Shown here one piece after another: positions 30,003 through 39,632 of a stretch of 64,000 nucleotides of DNA. Each line of letters starts with the position of its first letter. The stretch's first letter is position 1. Location of the stretch: positions 1-64,000 of the IMG/VR virus record IMGVR_UViG_3300035498_000745. One strand, given 5' to 3'. The notes beneath the pieces were generated by a model. The model worked only from the letters and a program-made list of their open reading frames with translations. It did not search any database and had not been told where the DNA came from. Source of the stretch: a virus. Lineage: Duplodnaviria; Caudoviricetes. A program made the position numbers and the translations under genes.

Positions 30003-32192
30003 TTATTTTGCCTCGTTTTTATCTACAATTTTAACCATATCAATGGTTTTAGCGTAATCTCTAATATTAACATCTTCTTCATCTACTAAAATATCTTCCT
30101 GCATATATACCTGTGGCTGTTCATGGAAGAATAGATCGAAGAATGATGGTGCGTTCTTAGTAAATGTTAATGGGTTATACAATACTTTATTGAGATCTTT
30201 ATAAAGTAATGATACAATAACGCTAGGATTATTTGTAAGTGCTTGATTAAGTGTAAGAATCCTATACTGAGCATTAGGATCATTCCAATTTGGTTTCCTC
30301 AAAATGTCATCTTTGCTAACAATTTGATTAGCCAAAATAACCTCAAGATGAATAGCATCAACATCAAGATTTCCTTCAATTACTAAATCGACTATAGACT
30401 GTAATGCTTCATCTTTAGTCATATTCCCAGTAATATCAGATTTGTTAAGTATATTGATAATACCATCCATTGTCTTGGAGATCTCACTGTTATTGATTTT
30501 GATATAAAATAATGGTTCATCCTGTAAAGAATCTAAAGGAATATTTACTTTATTATCATCATTCTTAGCTTTTCTTCTAATAATAGAATTAAGCTCGTTA
30601 GAGATATATAAAGACTCATCAGATTCAGAACCAAATTTTACCATATTACCATTAGGATATTTGATATAGAAATGAGTTATATACTCATTATAAGTAATAC
30701 TGTCTTCAGCATCAATCTTATTTCCGTCATCATCATACTTAACAGTATCTTCTTCATCATTAACTAAGTTTACATCATCTGGATCTATAATCATTGTATA
30801 TTTTCTAAGATCTGGAATACTGTCTTCTAAGTCGCTTATAAGACTAATACTATTTATATCAATCTCAAATAACTGGTCGAATTCTTTATTCCACTTAGTA
30901 ACAATAATTTTAGTTTCCAAAAGATGCTTAGCTGATAACAAAGTTTGTGTAAGCATTGATGATAAGATCTCAGCTGCAATCTTGCCGACATTGATGTCTC
31001 TATTAGTCCAATATAGATCACCATAACATTTTCTACAAATACCATGACCAGAAGATAAACTGGCACATGTCATTGGAGAGTGTAAGAAGATAGTCTTCCC
31101 TATGAGAGAAGTATCTTTATCATCTAAGATATGATCCATTCCAAAAGGATTATATCTGAAATTACGATTCTTAACCATGCTAAGATGTTTAGCCGTCTTT
31201 ATCTCAAATCTGATAAAGTGTCTAGACATACACTGATATGTTTCTATTGGATTAAGTATGGTGTCTGTATTATTTAATCCAAGTAATCTAGCAATGTCTC
31301 CAGAGTTTCCTACATTGATTTTCGATAACTTCTGAGCAGTTCTTGCAGTTGATGATTCAATATAGAAAGCTACAGGTTCATTAACACCTCCATTGCTAAA
31401 TGATTTATTTATAATATATGGGTATACAGTATCATATACTGATTTGGTTCCAATATTAATTCTAGACTCTTTATACTGTCTAGGATTGATTGCCTCGGAT
31501 GCTCTGAATGAATTCGTTAACCCATGCTCATAGCCAATATACTTTTTAGAATTCTTTATGATTTCAATAGTTCTATCTGCTATAGCCTGACCAGCATCCT
31601 TAACATCATTGATAGGTACATTTGCAAATGATGTATGCATAAGATCATAATACTCAGGACATGCTTCCATGAGAGCAATATCATCTTCATTATTAATAGT
31701 ATTTGCTAAATAATATGCAAACGGCTCTATCTGTGAGAAGTTCCAAGTTCCATCAGCAATAATATTATTAAGTTCATAATTGCCGATACTAATCTTGTTA
31801 TCTATTGTAAGCACATAATCATCTATAAACTGTTTGATATTTTTGCGCTTTAATTCAGGAGACCAAAATATATTACGTGGACTGATCTTGCCATTGGTTT
31901 TTAAGATCATACTCCACATGAATAAACAATACCAATAATCTATGAATGATAATTCGCACCAAACATCTCCTCCCCAAGATATAGTAATCTTGGTATCATG
32001 TACATAGTCTGTTTCGATACCATCTTTTAATATATTGCTTATACCAATAATATGGTCATCAATATTAGATGCAGTAATATCATTTGGCACCATAATTGCA
32101 ATGGCGCTATATTTACTTACAGCATCTCCGTAAATAAAATAGTTCTTATAATTTTGTAGTGGCTTATACTCCACTATATTAGTTTCTGCCAT
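30003..32192 (-). CDS. rpoC: Multisubunit RNA polymerase beta'-like subunit, C-terminal half (probably non-virion RNAP)
   Basis: SPMTC...GICRKCYG Zn site, NVGKIAAE...TQTLLSAKH trigger loop, IHLEVIL; early-type motif at 32238-32248. Confidence 0.9.
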   Translation of the reverse strand: MAETNIVEYKPLQNYKNYFIYGDAVSKYSAIAIMVPNDITASNIDDHIIGISNILKDGIETDYVHDTKITISWGGDVWCELSFIDYWYCLFMWSMILKTNGKISPRNIFWSPELKRKNIKQFIDDYVLTIDNKISIGNYELNNIIADGTWNFSQIEPFAYYLANTINNEDDIALMEACPEYYDLMHTSFANVPINDVKDAGQAIADRTIEIIKNSKKYIGYEHGLTNSFRASEAINPRQYKESRINIGTKSVYDTVYPYIINKSFSNGGVNEPVAFYIESSTARTAQKLSKINVGNSGDIARLLGLNNTDTILNPIETYQCMSRHFIRFEIKTAKHLSMVKNRNFRYNPFGMDHILDDKDTSLIGKTIFLHSPMTCASLSSGHGICRKCYGDLYWTNRDINVGKIAAEILSSMLTQTLLSAKHLLETKIIVTKWNKEFDQLFEIDINSISLISDLEDSIPDLRKYTMIIDPDDVNLVNDEEDTVKYDDDGNKIDAEDSITYNEYITHFYIKYPNGNMVKFGSESDESLYISNELNSIIRRKAKNDDNKVNIPLDSLQDEPLFYIKINNSEISKTMDGIINILNKSDITGNMTKDEALQSIVDLVIEGNLDVDAIHLEVILANQIVSKDDILRKPNWNDPNAQYRILTLNQALTNNPSVIVSLLYKDLNKVLYNPLTFTKNAPSFFDLFFHEQPQVYMQEDILVDEEDVNIRDYAKTIDMVKIVDKNEAK

Positions 32193-32237
32193 ATTAAATC
32201 ACTCCTTTACATATACTTTACTTACTTCTTCCATATA

Positions 32238-32248
32238 ATAATATACAA
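32238..32248 (-). promoter_or_regulatory. Early-type promoter TTGTATATTAT (representative copy)
   Basis: Variants at 75-85(-), 2714-2724(-), 11452-11464(-), 15580-15590(-), 25364-25373(-), 28350-28360(-), 35108-35117(+); resembles the phiKZ early TATATTAC element. Confidence 0.6.
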
Positions 32249-32317
32249 CAGAAATCAAATTTTGTCAGTATATATTATATTAAATTGTTTCAGCACATAT
32301 AAAAACGAAAAGATTTC

Positions 32318-32339
32318 CCGGTAGCATCTAGCTACCGGG
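32318..32339 (-). terminator. Terminator closing the non-coding transcript
   Basis: CCCGGTAGC/GCTACCGGG stem followed on minus strand by T-rich tract. Confidence 0.8.
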
Positions 32340-32756
32340 GTCAAGGAGATTTTTGGTAACAAAACTACTTATTAAATAAGTTGGGGAAATTTGTTAAACA
32401 AAAATAAAGAAAAACAAATTCTACTAGTTTACATCTGATCATTTTTGATGACAGCAACTTAACTTGTAGATATAATGTAGCCTCCTGCCTGCTACTTACC
32501 GGTAGCTATACTAACACCTCTTGAGATTCATTACTGACTACTGGGTCTATGACCTATCTCAATTAGCTACCCCATAATCGGTATCGTTATCCGATCAACG
32601 TCAATCCTTAATTAATTCGCTTGCTGTACGAAACTACTCGTCAGGAACATAGAAAAATTCTATGCTATTCCATTGATCATCCTAACTGTAGGCTGGATTC
32701 TCACCAGCAGCAGAAATGAAAACGGTATATTGTAAAGGCACGAAGTAAATATACCA

Positions 32757-32954
32757 AATCGTTACTACATTCACGTTCGGGGTTGGGGTTATGACCGCAA
32801 ATGCAGTAACGAAGTACTTGTAAACGCTGTAACACATCTACAAGTAAAGCAATAGCAAAAAGGTAATCGTTACTACATTCACACTCGGGTTGGGGGTTGA
32901 GCATAAATGCAGTAACGAAATACTTGTAAACGCTATGACACGCCTACAAGTAAA
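32757..32954 (-). repeat. Two ~90-nt direct repeats, each a pair of hairpins
   Basis: Copies 32757-32848 and 32865-32954; differences lie in loops or mostly preserve pairing. Confidence 0.9.
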
Positions 32955-33320
32955 AACTAGAATATTATCGCGATTTATCTAGATAGCTATGCGTTGCTAC
33001 ATCTCAGTTTTTAAATCCATAAACTTTAACCGGTTCACAATCTACAAACCATAGATAACAGGAGAAGCAAGCCATCAAAGAACACCCATTATCCATATTT
33101 TATGGATCATATTCTGAACGCCAGTCTTCTCGTAACTGACAACGCCTGTTCGATATATCAACAAGAAACTTCACCCTTAATTTACGCCGGTTACTGCACA
33201 GGTTGTTATTCCTTTTTATATTCCCTACATATGTAGGGATGAATCAATGAAAAAAGAGAGACTGCTCGCCCGCCCGCATGTCCGACATCACACATATAGT
33301 TTTGGGTTTCTATATGCGGA

Positions 33321-33390
33321 ATACTTAATTAGGATTCGAACCTAGAAACTAATATTTATTATTCCATGCATCCTTTAGCATGATTAAGTA
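33321..33390 (-). tRNA. tRNA-like element / pseudo-tRNA
   Basis: Acceptor TACTTAA/TTAAGTA, D-arm ATGC-TAAAGGAT-GCAT, T-arm TAGG-TTCGAAT-CCTA; anticodon arm short and non-canonical, no encoded CCA. Confidence 0.55.
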
Positions 33391-33447
33391 ATTTTAATTA
33401 GAATAATTATTTCCACTACATACTTGTTATAGTAGTGGTAAAAAAAT

Positions 33448-33474
33448 ATTACGGAGGATTTTACTCCTCCGTAA
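33448..33474. terminator. Terminator after endolysin
   Basis: TTACGGAGGA/TCCTCCGTAA stem. Confidence 0.75.
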
Positions 33475-33530
33475 ATACCTTAAAATAAAGTGGCTAGTTT
33501 ATTTCTTGGCTTCATTGAGTTATTGTTGCC

Positions 33531-34349
33531 CTACTTAGATGTTAGTAATGATTTTATCTTTTTATAACTTGCATTACCATAAATTCCATCCTGAGTAAGA
33601 CCATACTTTTTCTGGAATGCTTTTAATGCAGTCTCAGTCTTAGCTCCAAATGAACCATCCACACTAATACCAGAATTCATTACATAATTTAAATCATGCT
33701 GAAGTAATGTAACCTGTGCTCCACTAGAACCTTTCTTTAAAGTTGGTTTAGCTGCATCAGGAGCGATGCTCTTAGAAGAATTTGTTTTTGTATTTGATTC
33801 TAAAGTAGATGAAGAATCATACTTTGGTCTACCATAGCCAGCAATTCTACTATAAGTAAGAAGATACTGTTTCTTTGCAACACAACCGCCATTTGCTACA
33901 ACTCCAGCACCAGAAGATGTATTACCTTCAATAGTATATATAGATATAGAATCAACTTTATATACTAATCCTGTATGACAAATCTTTCCTGAAGAATTCT
34001 TAAAGAATACCTGATCACCAATCTTTGGATTACTAGTATACCAAGCATTTTTCTTCTTATACATATCAGCAGACGCTATAGTATAATCATTAAAATCTCC
34101 AGCAAGAAGTTTCTTAGCATTAGTAATACCATATGCTTTATAAAAACACCAATCAACAAAACAATCACACCAGAATGCTGGGTAATCCATTACTGAAGGA
34201 TAAATCTGATGCATCTCTTTTCCATATTTAGTATAATTCTTATCACCTGCATTGGCTGTCTTATCATATAGATCTTTGTCGCTTTCTTTTTCAAGATAAC
34301 CAACTTCTGCTTCAGCAATTTTTATAACTTTATTTACAGTATTAGCCAT
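33531..34349 (-). CDS. Endolysin: CHAP amidase plus C-terminal peptidoglycan-binding domain
   Basis: WCDCFV, HTGLV, TIEGNT; LKKGSSG.QV..LQ...DG.FG..T..A.K.FQ..YGL..DG. Confidence 0.9.
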   Translation of the reverse strand: MANTVNKVIKIAEAEVGYLEKESDKDLYDKTANAGDKNYTKYGKEMHQIYPSVMDYPAFWCDCFVDWCFYKAYGITNAKKLLAGDFNDYTIASADMYKKKNAWYTSNPKIGDQVFFKNSSGKICHTGLVYKVDSISIYTIEGNTSSGAGVVANGGCVAKKQYLLTYSRIAGYGRPKYDSSSTLESNTKTNSSKSIAPDAAKPTLKKGSSGAQVTLLQHDLNYVMNSGISVDGSFGAKTETALKAFQKKYGLTQDGIYGNASYKKIKSLLTSK

Positions 34350-34492
34350 ATTATTATACCTCCTTTAAAGATTAAATAAAAATATAGCGTTATTGCTATT
34401 AATTTAGTGTTGTTTATTTGAGCGAAGTATTTGCGGTAGGATAAACCCTACCGCTTTACTCCAGCAATTTATTAAAAGTAAATTAATTTATT

Positions 34493-34996
34493 TTACATCT
34501 TAATCATTGGAAGTGCAGGCATCTTACGCATTGCTTTAATGTGCTGCTTCTGGCTTCTCTTTGCTACAAGACCAGCCTTATTACCATACTTCTTAAAGAT
34601 TGCATTACGAAGCTTACGCTCCTTAACTCTATTAAGAGCTAACTGATGGAATAATGGATCATTCTTTTCCTTAGCAATTACGATAGATGCTAAGTGAGCT
34701 CTACGTGTCAAATCATCATCCTTATTAAGACGAACGTATGTCTTTTTACTCATCTTTCTAGCTTCATCTAATTTCTGTAACTGACCTGACTCCATGAAGT
34801 TATTTAATGCTTCCTCTCCGCCATCAAAGTATACCACAGATTCAAGAGCTGACTGCATCATAATATTCTCTACATCTGATGCGATAGCTTCGATACCTTC
34901 TGGGGTATCCGGATCTTTATTAAGTACTTTATCTAATTCATCTGAAACTGGGTTGGACATGCCAGCACCACACTCATCTTCTTTTAAAAAAATCAT
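34493..34996 (-). CDS. Late protein, acidic N-terminus and basic C-terminus (probable processed head protein)
   Basis: 167 aa, late promoter 35047-35058, own terminator. Confidence 0.6.
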   Translation of the reverse strand: MIFLKEDECGAGMSNPVSDELDKVLNKDPDTPEGIEAIASDVENIMMQSALESVVYFDGGEEALNNFMESGQLQKLDEARKMSKKTYVRLNKDDDLTRRAHLASIVIAKEKNDPLFHQLALNRVKERKLRNAIFKKYGNKAGLVAKRSQKQHIKAMRKMPALPMIKM

Positions 34997-35147
34997 ATTT
35001 AATTTTCCTCCTTATAATTTTATTTATAATTCTCAGCTGAATTATTTACTAAGATGTTGTTAGCTGAGGTTTATGATTTTTTATTCGAGCTTAAACTTTG
35101 AAGTAATCATATATTATAATTATGAATAAAAAGAAAGGAGATTTTAT

Positions 35148-38100
35148 ATGGAAATACAAACAGATAGTATTAACCTAAAACCAATCCAGGAGTATCGTCA
35201 AATAATGATTGATGGTTTAAGACATTCATTTCCGGGATTGAATGTGGAAGAATTATCTAAAGCAATTGATTGGTCTATTAGTAATAGATTATATAATGGG
35301 CCAGCAGTCTTAGATAATAATTACACTAAGCAAAAAGCAAATGGAACGGTTCTAGATATATTACGTTATATAGAAAGACTAGAACCAATAAAGACATCTA
35401 GTGGGGTATTATTTAAACAAAGCAAAGAAGCAGATAATCCATTTGATAGAATGATAGCTGGATTTCTAGAGAAGCGAGGTCAATATAAGGATAAAATGTT
35501 TAAATACCCCAAAGGTAGTTATGAATTCGCTAAGTATAATCTATTTCAAATACTTGAGAAAAAGAATGCTAATGCTTGTTATGGATGCTTAGGAGCTCCA
35601 TCATCAATGTATTATAATATATACGTAGCGGAAGCAGTAACAAGACAGGGAAGATCATATATATCTTGTAGTATTACTCTATTTGAATCATTGCTTGCTA
35701 ATAATGTGAAGTTTAATAACTTAGATGAAATTATCACATTCATTAATAATGTGGAGCATGAGAAACCAAATAGAAAGTGTTTAGATAGTGCTATACTTGA
35801 TATGGATATTACTGTAAATGAATGTTTCTATAAAGTAATGACTACTGTAGATCCTACAATATGGATTCCTACAGAAAAAGAGATGAGTCTTGTATATGAA
35901 TATATTAGAGGATTATCTCAAGAAGATATAAACAGAGTATATTATAAGAATAACTTATATACGTTCTGTGATCTACCAATTGTTTCAGATCTTATCATTA
36001 AGATTCTATCTAAACTTGGAGGACCAACTCAGTTTGAATCTGATGACCCTAATAGTAAGATAGTAAATAACTTATTCATGAATCCTAATAAACCACCAAA
36101 AGCAATTAAGGAAGATCTTGATATATTCGTAGATATGATTAAGGAGTATGTATATTATCCACACTTTTATATAGACAAATTAGATCGTATAGAATATATG
36201 CAAAGAGATGTAGTTTGTCTTACTGATACAGACTCAACAATAGTATCATTTGATGCTTGGTATAGATTTATACTTGAAAAGGTATATAATTTAGATATGC
36301 CTATAAAGCATGAAAAATTTGATATGGTGGAAATTATAAAAGCTGATGAATTTGGAGATCTTGATAAGAAGGTTATGTGTAAAATTGTAGATCCTAGGTT
36401 TGATTATGATTTCTATACAGATGAAGAAATAGAAACTCGAAGATATATAGAGCCTGCAAAAGTTGTGCCACAGGATATGCTTAAGTTTGGTATTATAAAT
36501 ATAATAGCATATGCATGTAGCGCATTAGTAGTAGATTATCTTAGTGAGTATTCTAAACTTTCTGGTACTTATGTTGAAGGTAGGAAGTGCGCACTTGTGA
36601 TAAATCTTTGTCACCTTATAGCAGTAATGCTGTGAGTAAAACTTTGTGAAATGCTGGAAAGTGCTAAAGCTCGAATGCCTATATGGAATCGAAAGATAGA
36701 AATAAGTTTCGAGATGGACTATGGTGAAATAAAAGCTTTGTATATTTTGAAGTAGGATATACAAGGTCCTAAGGTCTATTAACAATGTACGATCAGCAGA
36801 TTGGATTGGATTGATTAAATAAATTAATAAAGGTGGTGATATTTTGCCAAAAAAGAAAAGAAAGCCTAGAACAACGCCTAGAATAGAACTAGATTTTAAT
36901 AAAGTATACTCTTCAAAAAGGGATGGAGACTATATACTTTTAGAAGAGGTCAAAATAGAAAATGATAGTAATAGGCATATATTAATAAAATTTCTGGATA
37001 CAGGCAATGAACAATTAGTACACCCATCAGAAATATACCATTGTATGATAAGGGATAGAAAGAAACATGGTATAGATTATGATAAAGTTTATAGTAGTAA
37101 TAACTTTGGAGATTTTGTCATTATTAAAGACGCTGGAAGTAGAAAACAAGGGAATCATTCCCATAAATTAGTTAAAATAAAATTTCTTGACACCGGAAGT
37201 GTAAAAGTTGTAAGATTAGCTGATGCTTTGGTTGGTAATATAAGAGATGATTATAGACCAAATGTAGCCGGAGTAGGTTGTATAGGAAATGCTTCTAGTT
37301 ATCATCCAGCATATAATGTATGGAATAGCATGTTGCAGAGATGTTATTGTAAAACTGATGCTAATTATGTAAGATATGGTGCTAAGGGAATTACAGTATG
37401 CGAAAGATGGCATTGTTTTGAATATTTCTTAGAAGATTTACCATACATTGATGGTTATAATAATTGGTTAAATAATCCTGAATTATACCAATTAGATAAG
37501 GATTACAAACAACAAGGAATTCCTTATAATAAAAAAATATATTCTTTAAAAACTTGCTGTTTTATTGAAGACTATAATAATGTAGCATTAGCGACAAAAT
37601 CAAAAAATAAATATATTGGTGTTACTAAATTAATAAATGGGTATAATTCCAATATTACAGTTTGTGGAATAAATTATAATTTAGGTAGCTTCATTAATAA
37701 AGATGATGCAGCAGCTGCATATAATAATGCAGCAAATTACTTACGTAATAATAATTTAGTATTAAATGATGTACCATACGTTGATCCAGAAATTTTAGAT
37801 ACAAGAAAAATACGACACATAAATATGTGCAGAATAGTATAATAAACCCAAATAATCAATCCAATTTAATCCCAACGACTATCCCCATATGGGCTGTGAA
37901 ATTCAGCAACAGGAGTAGGGCCTATGAAATTTATAGGTTGGTGAAAATCCATTAAATCCAAGCGCAAAGCATCCTAATAGGTAAAGCTAAGGATGAAGAT
38001 ATAGTCTACGCTCTTAGAGAAATACTAAGGTAAATTCCTCAGCCTACACAAACTGTAAGCTGACGAATGTTCAGGGAAGAATGAATACTACTTCAGTAGA

Positions 38101-38793
38101 GCATTATTAACTTCACATAGAAGAAATTATGCCAGTTATCAAATTCTACAAGAAGGAAACATTATACCAGAAAGTGAAAGATTATCTATAGCAGGTTTAC
38201 CAATAGATAAATCTACATTACCAATAGATATTAAGGATGAGTTTAAAAGAATTATTTGTGAAGATATTATGAAGGCTGATAATATGGATCAGATAGGGAT
38301 AATGAAAAAACTTATACTTATGGAAAACAAAATCTATAAGAGTATTATGAATAAGGAAACTAAATATTATAAACCTGATAATGTAGCTCCAATTAATTCA
38401 TATGCTAAAAATCCATTAGAGGTGAATGGCGTAGTAGCATGTCTTATTTATAATGAAATGAAAGATGATGATATGCAAGCTATAAATCTTGAAGAGAGAA
38501 ATGCTATTATTAAAATCAAAATTGACGTTGATAAGAAAAACGTTGATAAAATTAAAGATTTATATCCTGATAAATATACTAAACTTGTTAATCTTCTTAA
38601 TCATCCAACACTTGGATCTAAGGTTAATATAATAGCATTACCATTAGATACAGCTGTACCAGATTGGGTATTAGAGTTTGTAAATTTTGGAGAAATTATT
38701 AGTGATTCTTTAAAGAATTTCCCTCTTGGATCTATTGGATTAAATCGTTTAGATAACGATAGCGTAAATGTATCAAATATTATTCAGTTATAA
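35148..38793 (+). CDS. Family B DNA polymerase, C-terminal subunit (spliced, ~723 aa)
   Basis: Exons 35148-36601 and 38076-38793 join as CALV-M-KNEYYF; motif B KKNANACYG, motif C TDTDS, RRNYA. Confidence 0.88.
36602..38075 (+). mobile_element. Group I intron 3 carrying homing endonuclease
   Basis: P1 GUGAU|AAA..UUUGUCAC with U.G, core CAACGACTA...AAGATATAGTC, terminal G; removal restores frame. Confidence 0.9.
36844..37842 (+). CDS. Intron-encoded HNH-type endonuclease with duplicated N-terminal domain and AP2-like C-terminus
   Basis: WNSMLQRCY, YGAKGITVCERW, LDKD, YSLKTC, YIGV...LGSF...AAAAYN. Confidence 0.8.
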   Translation: MPKKKRKPRTTPRIELDFNKVYSSKRDGDYILLEEVKIENDSNRHILIKFLDTGNEQLVHPSEIYHCMIRDRKKHGIDYDKVYSSNNFGDFVIIKDAGSRKQGNHSHKLVKIKFLDTGSVKVVRLADALVGNIRDDYRPNVAGVGCIGNASSYHPAYNVWNSMLQRCYCKTDANYVRYGAKGITVCERWHCFEYFLEDLPYIDGYNNWLNNPELYQLDKDYKQQGIPYNKKIYSLKTCCFIEDYNNVALATKSKNKYIGVTKLINGYNSNITVCGINYNLGSFINKDDAAAAYNNAANYLRNNNLVLNDVPYVDPEILDTRKIRHINMCRIV

Positions 38794-38924
38794 AACAAAA
38801 CATATCGGGGCTAGGCTATCAAGCCTAGTCCCAGGATGTTCTTCAACACTATTCTTTTTTATCCATCTGAGAATTATGAATTATAAAAAGGATAATATCT
38901 ACCTTAAGATATAAACTTCGTTCA

Positions 38925-39485
38925 TTAATATATTGTCAGTTTATTTTCTTCGTCAATATCAACTTTTAATCCAATAGTTAAAGCATGACGAGCAATCTGC
39001 ATATATTCAGCCGGAATAGATTCTTTATCATATATATTAGTATCAATCCCATCCTTTAATCCAGAGTATACTTCTGCAAGCTGATCTGGAGTATACTTTA
39101 AATATCTATCCTCTCTAAACTGATTGAATCCTTCTGCAACCCCAGCAAGTATATAATTCATTACAGCATATGGAGTATATGTATGGACAATAGTAAATAT
39201 ATCGTCTAACTTAAGACCCTTTTCAAGAGCTTTAAGAATAACCTGAAGCTGTGTCTCATTAAGTTCCATACATTCCTTATAGAAATCAATTACCCTTTTA
39301 GCATTTCCAAGATATTTTATAAAGTCATTTACCATTAATAATTTGCTTGAATTGATTTCTGCAAGCTCTTCAATAAGAATATCCGGATTTTCGTCTACTA
39401 ATGTAGTAGCTGTCTCGATCCAATCTGATGTAAGATACGGATTTTGTAATAATTCTGATATAAGTTGCTGTTTTGATTTGTTCAT
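38925..39485 (-). CDS. Hypothetical helical-repeat protein
   Basis: 186 aa, repeats of type QL.EV..GL..G.D. Confidence 0.6.
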   Translation of the reverse strand: MNKSKQQLISELLQNPYLTSDWIETATTLVDENPDILIEELAEINSSKLLMVNDFIKYLGNAKRVIDFYKECMELNETQLQVILKALEKGLKLDDIFTIVHTYTPYAVMNYILAGVAEGFNQFREDRYLKYTPDQLAEVYSGLKDGIDTNIYDKESIPAEYMQIARHALTIGLKVDIDEENKLTIY

Positions 39486-39632
39486 ATAAACCTCCTTATA
39501 ATTTTTTATTTAGTGTCGGTTAAGCTTATAGCTTACTACAAAGTTTTACGATTTTTATTTTTATATAGATCAGTATAAAACGCCTAGTCTGGACATTGAT
39601 TTAAAATATTTAGTAATGAAAGGAGGATAAAT

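Larger units (their letters stand above)
32318..33417 (-). ncRNA. Candidate large structured non-coding RNA (~1.1 kb)
   Basis: No credible ORF, raised GC, late promoter at 33417-33428, terminator, long stems that are fully paired only on the minus strand through G.U pairs. Confidence 0.65.

Noticed and set aside
32610-32650. Hammerhead ribozyme (CUGACGA on minus strand)
   Set aside because: No correctly placed GAAA or closing stems found
32778-32792. Telomerase-template or G-quadruplex reading of GGGGTTGGGGTT / AACCCCAACCCC
   Set aside because: Resembles the Tetrahymena repeat, but there is no reverse transcriptase in the window and only two G-runs per unit
32701-32904. 67-aa ORF in the repeat region
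   Set aside because: No RBS; arises from the RNA repeat, whose variation tracks base pairing rather than codons
32757-32954. CRISPR array
   Set aside because: Only two ~90-nt units, no unique spacers of CRISPR size and no cas genes in the window
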